DNA of 29,789 bases. It comes from a bacterium (GTDB lineage: Bacteria > UBP14 > UBA6098 > JAFGQG01). Positions 23,085 through 29,789 of this stretch are shown in pieces. The notes beneath the pieces are model-generated. The model saw only the letters and a list, made by a program, of their open reading frames with translations. It searched no databases and had not been told where the DNA came from. The stretch is from assembly GCA_016935765.1 (NCBI GenBank), contig JAFGQG010000049.1, positions 1 through 29,789 on the forward strand, read 5' to 3'. Position 1 is the stretch's first letter. Every line of letters starts with the position of its first letter. The position numbers and the translations under genes are program-made.

Positions 23085-25829
23085 ATGGAAACAAAAGATT
23101 TCGAAAAAGGACCGTTTCTTATCACTGATGTGGGCAGTACAACCACGAAAGCATTTCTATTTGAACCAGGTAAAAAATGGGGTTATTACCGGGAGGAGGG
23201 ACCGACGACCGTAGAGAAACCCTATGAAGATGTTACCATAGGGGTTTTGAACGCTGTTTGGGAACTTGAGAAAACCACTGGAAGAAAGTTATTGGAAAAC
23301 GGGAAGCTGTGTATCCCGTATTTATCTACTTCCAGCGCCGGTGGCGGTTTAGCGATGGTTGTCGCGGGATTGATCCGGCAGATAACAACGAAAAGCGCTG
23401 AACGGGTCGCCCTTGGTGCTGGCGCGATCCTTCTCGATATTATCGCTCTCGATGATGGGAGAACACCTTACAAGAAGATAGAAGCCCTTAAAAATGTGCG
23501 CCCCGATATGCTGCTTCTATCGGGCGGTTTCGACCATGGCTCGCTGTCCGGACCGGTTTTCATCGCTGAAATAATATCCCAGGCTGAGCTGCATCCCAAG
23601 TTAAGCAAGCAGGCAAAATTGGACCTCATCTTCGCGGGTAATGTAGATGCAAGGGAGTGGGTTGAGAAAACCATGACTGGTAATTTCGTGATACATCACG
23701 TGCCCAACATAAGACCTGAAGGAGACAGGGAGAACCTCGAACCGGCTAGAGACAGGATTCATGAGTTGTTCACACAGCACGTAATGTCGCACGCTCCGGG
23801 ATATGAAAAGCTGAAGCGCTGGGTGTCTGCGCCAATACTACCCACACCCGCCGCCTTTTCAAAGCTCCTCGCATCCATATCCGAGGACCTTGACAAGCGA
23901 ATTCTAGCGATAGACATAGGCGGCGCGACGACCGACATCTTCACCGCGGAAGGCGGGGACGTGTTTAGAACCGTCAGCGCGAACCTCGGCATGAGTTACA
24001 GTATCATGAACGTTATAAGGAGCAGCGGATTAAGCACAATAAACAAAATGCTTCAAGCAGACATTTCCGATACTGACCTTCTCGATAAAATAGGCAACAA
24101 ACACATAAATCCAACCAGTCTCCCTGAAAAAGTTGAGGACGCTCAGATCGAGCAAGCCGTAGCGACTGTAGCGATTCGTGAAGCGTTAAAAGAGCACCTG
24201 TCAGTACTGAAGGGTTTGAGTTTCAGCCTGGGCCAGGAGGAACTGAACCTGGGAAATTTGAAGCCACAGGAGCTTAAGTGGCTCGATTCGGAAGAATTTC
24301 AGCTTGAAGGTTATGACGTCATTATAGGAAGCGGAGGCATCCTGTCTCATTCACCGAGAGAAATCGCCGCGGAGATCCTTCTCAATGGATTGCAGCCGCG
24401 GAATGTAGTTTCGCTTGCCGTAGATTCTTCTTTCATGTTCCCCCAACTCGGGGTACTCTCCCAGGTTGCGCCGGAGCTGGCTAAGGAACTGTTCTACGAG
24501 ATCGGGTATATCAAGCTTGCCACCGCTGTATCTCCAGTAACAGGCGACAAACCCGGAAATAAAATATTGACAATTCGTGAAATTAATGACAATAAAAGAG
24601 CTGAAGACATAGACTTGAACGCGGGGGAGGTCAGGATGGTCCCCGTCGGGAAGGACGCGAAATTTTCGGTGAGAAGCGGGGAATTGAACAATAAAACTCA
24701 CGAAATCCACGCTGAAAGCTCCCTTTTCGGTTTGATCCTTGATGGAAGGATACGCCCAATTAATAAAAAGCCCCACCTGTTTGAGAATGTCGAATACGAT
24801 TTGAAGAAGCGCAAGATCGAGGCGATGTCTGAAACCAGTTTATATCGCGGGGATATTGAAATAAAGCGCGAATTAGCTATACCGGGCGAGGTCTATGTTA
24901 AAGCTGGGCAGGAGGTTTCATCAGATACTGTGGTTGCGAAATGCGTAAAAGCCTTCCTCAGGCCATTCTTTCTCGACATAGCCAGTGTGTTGAACATTTC
25001 TCCGGAGAAGCTGAAGGAGGTTTTGTCAAAAAAGATAGGCGACGATGTTCATTCCGGGGAGGTAATTGCTCAGACTTCTGGTATATTGGGGAAGAAATTC
25101 CGTTCTCCCGTGTCCGGAACGGTCGAGAAGATATTGCCCGATGGTTCGATAGTAGTCCGCGAGAAACCTGAGTATGCTAAAGAAGTTTACATCATAGATG
25201 TCGCAAGAGAGTTATCCGTAAAGCCTTTTGAAATAAAACCCTACTTGAAAGTACAGGTTGGTCAGGAAGTTGGAAAGACCCAGCATGTTGCTGCCAAGAT
25301 GACGGTGAACGAGATGAAGTTCGCCAGGTCCCCGATGAGAGGGATCGTTACCGATATCAAAACCGAGGAAGGATTGGTAGTAATAGAGCCTCTCCTGGAG
25401 GAGCTGGAACTTTTTGCCTGGCTTCCCGGGAAAGTAAGCGAGGTATTCCCGGGAGGGTGTTCTATAAGGAACAGGGGCACGATTATTCAGGGAACCTGGG
25501 GTTTGGGTGGGGAGGCCTATGGAAATCTGAAGTTCAGCAAACCTGAACCCAACTGCATTTTCGTGAGTGAAAGAGTCGATTCTGATTTGCTGGATTCTCT
25601 AAAAAGAGAAAGGGTTTCTGGACTGATAACCGCGGGTGTTCATCTGGCGCATTTCTGGAAGGATGAACCGGAATTCACTGTAGTTTTGCTCAAGGGCTTC
25701 GGGGATAAAAGCTTCGATACAGAGACAATTGAAATTTTAAGGGCGAAGGAGAACTGTCTTGCTTTATTGGATGGAACGACTCAGTTGAGGGTAGGCGTGA
25801 AGAGACCGAAGATCATAATACCTGGGTAA
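23085..25829 (+). CDS. GlmL/MutL-like ASKHA-fold ATPase (N-terminal ~470 aa) fused to a ~440-aa C-terminal region with repeated barrel-sandwich-hybrid-like segments
   Basis: 914 aa. N-terminal phosphate-1-like motif FLITDVGSTTTKAF, a second one LAIDIGGATTDIFTA, and the adenosine-motif-like DVIIGSGGILSHSP. This duplicated RNaseH-like layout is as in glutamate-mutase-associated GlmL. The C-terminal half has repeated lipoyl/biotinyl-type hybrid-barrel signatures: GEVYVKAGQEVSSDTVVAKC, RSPVSGTVEKILPDGSIVV, KVQVGQEVGKTQHVAAKM, RSPMRGIVTDIKTEEGLVVIEP. Confidence 0.7.
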   Translation: METKDFEKGPFLITDVGSTTTKAFLFEPGKKWGYYREEGPTTVEKPYEDVTIGVLNAVWELEKTTGRKLLENGKLCIPYLSTSSAGGGLAMVVAGLIRQITTKSAERVALGAGAILLDIIALDDGRTPYKKIEALKNVRPDMLLLSGGFDHGSLSGPVFIAEIISQAELHPKLSKQAKLDLIFAGNVDAREWVEKTMTGNFVIHHVPNIRPEGDRENLEPARDRIHELFTQHVMSHAPGYEKLKRWVSAPILPTPAAFSKLLASISEDLDKRILAIDIGGATTDIFTAEGGDVFRTVSANLGMSYSIMNVIRSSGLSTINKMLQADISDTDLLDKIGNKHINPTSLPEKVEDAQIEQAVATVAIREALKEHLSVLKGLSFSLGQEELNLGNLKPQELKWLDSEEFQLEGYDVIIGSGGILSHSPREIAAEILLNGLQPRNVVSLAVDSSFMFPQLGVLSQVAPELAKELFYEIGYIKLATAVSPVTGDKPGNKILTIREINDNKRAEDIDLNAGEVRMVPVGKDAKFSVRSGELNNKTHEIHAESSLFGLILDGRIRPINKKPHLFENVEYDLKKRKIEAMSETSLYRGDIEIKRELAIPGEVYVKAGQEVSSDTVVAKCVKAFLRPFFLDIASVLNISPEKLKEVLSKKIGDDVHSGEVIAQTSGILGKKFRSPVSGTVEKILPDGSIVVREKPEYAKEVYIIDVARELSVKPFEIKPYLKVQVGQEVGKTQHVAAKMTVNEMKFARSPMRGIVTDIKTEEGLVVIEPLLEELELFAWLPGKVSEVFPGGCSIRNRGTIIQGTWGLGGEAYGNLKFSKPEPNCIFVSERVDSDLLDSLKRERVSGLITAGVHLAHFWKDEPEFTVVLLKGFGDKSFDTETIEILRAKENCLALLDGTTQLRVGVKRPKIIIPG

Positions 25830-26139
25830 TGCTCGCCAGGATATTAATTCAGAAATTTCGATTGTAAATAATGAAGGTTCATAAGCAATTGAGTTGCATA
25901 ATATCATTAAAACTTTTTCGCAACCTTTAAATGAGAAATAGTAAAACAAGAGATTAACAATCATCCAACCAGCCATTCATCCATACATCCAACAACTCAG
26001 GAACTAAAACGAGCCTTAGAAAACAAAAATATACAGATAAAAGTATTTATAATTGTAATGAATTTTATATAATTTATTTGACTTTTTATAATAGTCAGTT
26101 TACCTTAACGAGGACAACGTTTAAATTTACAGGAGGTTT

Positions 26140-29100
26140 TTGATGAGAAAGTTATTGTTATGTTCATTATTAACGGTGATGCTGTGCTCACTTCTATATG
26201 GTTTTGATCCTGCTTCACCCCCTACCGACCGGGCTGAATATGATCGATGGAAATTGGAGCTTTTAGAGAGAATAGCGCCTCCGCGAGCGGCGTTCCCCAT
26301 GGATTTCTCCGTGGACAACGGCTATGTTGACGTTATTATGGAGACTGCTTCCGGGGCTGGCTCCTTTGAGCAGGGGGGAGACCCATCGGGATCCGGAAGT
26401 TACCTGAAACTAACCTATTACTACCCATCTGTGCCATGGTCGTATTCCATCTACAAGATCGATGGCCATACACCAGAACAGCAGTACAGAACCGGGCCTG
26501 ATTGCACTTTGATAACAGCGCCCGACGAGATTTTCGTGACTTCCGACGAGATCATTCGAACGATATGGAACGACAGGCATGGAGTCAAGATAATTCAGGA
26601 TTTGAAATGTGTCAGCCTGGGCAGTGACCCCGGAGATAACGAACAGGTAAAATATACAACCAAGTTCATACCTACCGATCGTGATTCGCACAATTGCGGC
26701 TGCCTGGTATATTATGACACGAAGCTTGCTTCCAATGACGGAGCTCCCATCTCGACTTCCTACGGTTATTCGGGCATGGCGGAAATCTGGTTCGCGGATG
26801 AAGTTCCCGCTGTCTGGAGGGCTTACGAAGTAGGTTACCCGCCAGCGCCGAGCGATCTGCAGGCTCTCGGAATTTTACGCGGTTTCGAAGCGACTTACCC
26901 CGACGTTTTCTGGTGCGGCAGATGGCCGATATCATACAGCAACGGTTGGGACGACCTTTACTGGATAGAAGATGCGGTCGGAGACTTCGGATACGACACC
27001 GCAACCATGGTGAAGTGGTATCCAAGGTGGGTTCACCCGGGAGATACTTTAGTTTACACCACTTATTATGGCATCGGGGAGCTTTCCGAGGAAATCTCGA
27101 TTTACCATACTCCGCCAACTTTATGGTCTGATTGCGCCAGTCCGCGTCCGAATCCGTTCAGCATAGACGTGCTCATTTCGAACGGAGGCGAAGCTACCGC
27201 AAGCGGTGTTTCTGTGATTATCGACCTGACCGGGACGGGCCTGGAATTGGCTGAAGGTTATGACCTCATCATCGATATTGGCGACCTGGTCGGTTTCGGA
27301 GGCAGCGAAGTCGCAACATGGCATATCGTTGTCCCGCCTGGGCTTTACGATACAACCGTATGTTATACGATCGCATTGGTTTATGAGGGCTCTGATCCCA
27401 TAATCGACACCTTCTGCATTTACCTCCCCGAGCTCGCTCCCGGTCCCTACGGAATGCTCATCGAACCCCTTGAAGGAGCAAGAACCACCTGCGCCGACCA
27501 GCAAGTTGTAAACCAATTCCACGTGGACTTCGGGATCGATACATCTTCGATCAGGTTCGTCATCGAAGCAGATTTATATACGATGGACGATCCGGAACTC
27601 TCGATAATCAACGACAGCTTCCTGGTGTTCCAACCCTCAACCGATTATATCGATGGATTTACGTACACATGGGGGGTGGCATCCTTCCTGGATACCGCCG
27701 GGTGTCCCATACTCGGTCTGGGCGGCACCTTCACTCCCGACCTGTCCGGGCCGGTTGCATCCAACGAATACCCGGAAAACGGCGCTATCATTGCAACCAC
27801 AAACATACCGGAATTCACAGTGGACATCGAAGACGCGGTTACCCCAGTCGATGAAAGCACGATAGAGCTCGAAGTCAATGGCATTGTTTACGACATGACA
27901 CATCCAGCTCTAACCTGGGATGGCGCAACGCTTCACTTTTCACCCGCTGACGCCGGAATAGAAATTGAAATTGGCGATACCTTCGATATATGTCTGAATG
28001 CTGCCAACGATATGCCTTCGGACTACTGTGAAGGCAATACCCTTCAGGACGCCCCTTATTGCTGGACTTTCAACGTCAACGTGGTCGAGCTCTACCTTCC
28101 TGACACCACCGCGTACATTGGGGACAATATCCTGGTACCCATTTATATCGAAGAGGTTGACCAGTACAATATCACCAGCTTCACCTTGATCATCGACGCC
28201 AACCCGGATGTTCTCACTCCTCTCGGAATAACCACCGACGGCACGATCGTTGCCCCCTGGGCTGGAGACCTGACCGTAACCATCGATGGCGGTACTATAA
28301 TTATCGAGGGCAATGGTCCTACCCTGAGCGGCTTCCCGGTTTTCTTCTTCATCGAATACATGGTGAATACCACCGGAAGCGAAGGCTCGTTCACGAGGCT
28401 CGAGTTCAGCGAGGCAACCTTCAACGATGGCGACATCACCTCGGTGCCGGAGGACGGATTCCTTATCGTACTCTGGACCAACCCGCAGTGGGTAGTTGAC
28501 CTTGTATTTTCACCTGACGCTTCAGCGCTGTCTCATACTATAACTTTCGGAGCTTCCGGTCACGCTGACGACGGCTTCAACCCGGGACTCGACCTCATCA
28601 CACTGCCACCAGTAGGGAACATCCATGCCTACTTCCCGCTTGCTGACCCTGATAACCCGCACATTGCGAGGCTTCAGAGAGACATCAGGTACTCCGAAGC
28701 TCTACCCATAATCTGGGAAGCGGTAGTGGATATCAACCCGGACGCCGATCCGTGGACGGTTACATGGCGACCGGAATACCTCCCCGACGGCAGGTTCGAG
28801 ATATACGAAGAGGACGGCGCGATCGTCGATATGCACTATAACAACTCCTATTCATCGAACGGTGACGTTAGCGTTTTCGTTAAGTTTTCGCACCCTGAGT
28901 TAGCTATCCAGAACGTCGTATTACCCGAGGGCTGGAACCTGGTATCCTTCCCGTACATACCGACTGGCGAGATCTCCTTCCAGGAACTGCTCCCCGGTGT
29001 GGTATCCGACGGCTACTGGTATAATGGTGAAACAAGAGTGTACGAAGTAAGGGAATACCCTGAAGCAGGAAAGGGTTACTGGGTTTATGCCGCTGAACCG

Positions 29101-29352
29101 GTTGACACGAGAATTGCCGGAATGGCTGTGGATGAGTACACCATCAGCGTATATCCCGGCTGGAACCTCATCGGTGTACCTTATTCTGAAACGGGAAGCA
29201 TCTCGGGAACCGGCACTTTCTACTGGTACAATCCCGAGGGCAGCGGATACGAAGACCCGGCGGGAACACTCAACATGTGCTATGGATACTGGTACTTCAC
29301 CACGGAACCCGGATTGCTTCACGCTGACGGATTCTCCGTACCGGCGAGATAG
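26140..29352 (+). CDS. Large secreted multidomain protein (CARDB-like and cohesin-like beta-sandwich modules) with C-terminal tandem GWNL[IV]S/GYW module
   Basis: 1070 aa. RBS AGGAGG 7 nt upstream. Signal peptide MMRKLLLCSLLTVMLCSLLYGF. The segment FSIDVLISNGGEATASGVSVIIDLTG..LELAEGYDLIIDIGDLVGFGGSEVATWHIVVP is CARDB-like. The segment YIGDNILVPIYIEEVDQYNITSFTLIIDANPDVLTPLGITTDG... is cohesin-like. The last ~150 aa hold LPEGWNLVSFPY...GKGYWVYA and VYPGWNLIGVPY...GYWYF, the same module as the C-terminus of 64..2064. Internal antisense ORFs (26672..27118, 27121..27522, etc.) are GC-driven artefacts. Confidence 0.8.
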   Translation: MMRKLLLCSLLTVMLCSLLYGFDPASPPTDRAEYDRWKLELLERIAPPRAAFPMDFSVDNGYVDVIMETASGAGSFEQGGDPSGSGSYLKLTYYYPSVPWSYSIYKIDGHTPEQQYRTGPDCTLITAPDEIFVTSDEIIRTIWNDRHGVKIIQDLKCVSLGSDPGDNEQVKYTTKFIPTDRDSHNCGCLVYYDTKLASNDGAPISTSYGYSGMAEIWFADEVPAVWRAYEVGYPPAPSDLQALGILRGFEATYPDVFWCGRWPISYSNGWDDLYWIEDAVGDFGYDTATMVKWYPRWVHPGDTLVYTTYYGIGELSEEISIYHTPPTLWSDCASPRPNPFSIDVLISNGGEATASGVSVIIDLTGTGLELAEGYDLIIDIGDLVGFGGSEVATWHIVVPPGLYDTTVCYTIALVYEGSDPIIDTFCIYLPELAPGPYGMLIEPLEGARTTCADQQVVNQFHVDFGIDTSSIRFVIEADLYTMDDPELSIINDSFLVFQPSTDYIDGFTYTWGVASFLDTAGCPILGLGGTFTPDLSGPVASNEYPENGAIIATTNIPEFTVDIEDAVTPVDESTIELEVNGIVYDMTHPALTWDGATLHFSPADAGIEIEIGDTFDICLNAANDMPSDYCEGNTLQDAPYCWTFNVNVVELYLPDTTAYIGDNILVPIYIEEVDQYNITSFTLIIDANPDVLTPLGITTDGTIVAPWAGDLTVTIDGGTIIIEGNGPTLSGFPVFFFIEYMVNTTGSEGSFTRLEFSEATFNDGDITSVPEDGFLIVLWTNPQWVVDLVFSPDASALSHTITFGASGHADDGFNPGLDLITLPPVGNIHAYFPLADPDNPHIARLQRDIRYSEALPIIWEAVVDINPDADPWTVTWRPEYLPDGRFEIYEEDGAIVDMHYNNSYSSNGDVSVFVKFSHPELAIQNVVLPEGWNLVSFPYIPTGEISFQELLPGVVSDGYWYNGETRVYEVREYPEAGKGYWVYAAEPVDTRIAGMAVDEYTISVYPGWNLIGVPYSETGSISGTGTFYWYNPEGSGYEDPAGTLNMCYGYWYFTTEPGLLHADGFSVPAR

Positions 29353-29502
29353 AGAAAACGCGAATAATAGATTTACTATTTGCAATTTACAATTTGCGAT
29401 TTGATACTCGAGGTAGAAGGCTGCCTTCGTCCGGGTTTAGTGGAACTATGGCGGTCAAAATTTAAGAAAAAAAACGACAAACACCTCCACTGGCTATCGC
29501 GT

Positions 29503-29527
29503 AACCAGCAGTTGCTGGTTTTCGGCA
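29503..29527 (+). terminator. Terminator-like hairpin (AACCAGC-AGTT-GCTGGTT + TTTT) within the second copy of the 35-nt element
   Basis: gtAACCAGCAGTTGCTGGTTTTcggcaatcccat sits ~150 nt downstream of the 26140..29352 stop. It matches 18864..18898 at about 30/35 positions. Confidence 0.45.
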
Positions 29528-29789
29528 ATCCCATTAGCATAAGAATCCAACACAAAGTCGCTGGTACTTCGCGTGTTATCACTTAATTCACTTGCTTGAG
29601 ATCGTGCCAACCTGTGGTTGCCGGACGGTAAGAAATAATAACCTCGAGATGACATTGAGGCTTCTTTGGAGGTTTTATATCTTCTATTTAAGAAATGCTT
29701 GCAAACCAAACAAAAAATACATCTCCACAACCAATAACCCCCACCCGTCATCATGAGGAGAAAAAGGCTATTTTTTCCGGCTTTTTCGA

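Noticed and set aside
26410-28481. Minus-strand ORFs inside the 1070-aa gene (26410..26691, 26672..27118, 27121..27522, 27637..27903, 28143..28481) and short plus-strand ORFs 27653..27865, 27669..27854
   Set aside because: They are antisense or off-frame to a long, motif-supported CDS in a GC-richer stretch. Arg/Pro-rich translations like these are typical of spurious frames.
26140-29352. Compositional island (GC shift) implying horizontal transfer of the 1070-aa gene
   Set aside because: Hand-sampled lines suggest a higher GC than the beta-helix gene, but the 23085 gene is similarly GC-rich. Without a computed sliding-window GC and codon-usage profile this is not supportable.
1-29789. CRISPR array, transposase/integrase, or prophage content
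   Set aside because: I saw no regularly spaced direct repeats of 25-40 nt and no ORF with integrase, transposase, capsid or terminase motifs. The tRNA-Glu is not flanked by an integrase or by direct repeats of its 3' end.

Overview
This 29.8 kb window looks like chromosomal DNA from an uncultivated FCB-group-like bacterium. That placement is an inference from the T9SS-type C-terminal domain on a subtilisin and the PorX/PorY-like two-component pair. Housekeeping genes are rplS, rnhB, an LptF/G permease, an SPFH protein, serS, tsaE and tRNA-Glu(CUC). They are interleaved with accessory cargo: (i) a minus-strand cluster TPM(YgcG-like) -> KNTase-like nucleotidyltransferase -> LemA -> LolA-like lipoprotein -> small membrane protein; (ii) a co-directional block serS -> PorY-like kinase -> PorX-like REC-PglZ regulator -> tsaE -> S8 protease with a T9SS C-terminal domain; (iii) an MNT/HEPN toxin-antitoxin pair; (iv) a 914-aa GlmL/MutL-like ASKHA ATPase fused to repeated barrel-sandwich-like domains; (v) a protein built from a tandem duplication of zinc-ribbon / B-box-like / DUF2007-like modules; and (vi) two large secreted proteins with unrelated bodies (a beta-helix protein, and a protein with cohesin-like and CARDB-like modules) that share an unassigned, internally duplicated C-terminal module (GWNL[IV]S...GYW, twice). 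The same window carries a canonical T9SS C-terminal domain, so this module is the best candidate for something undescribed. Non-coding signals include a 35-nt hairpin element present twice downstream of secreted-protein genes, a repeat-rich ~520-bp leader with a perfect 9-bp inverted repeat upstream of a HEPN-like ORF, and a shared motif at the 3' ends of two minus-strand transcription units. I saw no CRISPR array, transposase or integrase. All homology calls rest on motif recognition by eye and no database search was run.
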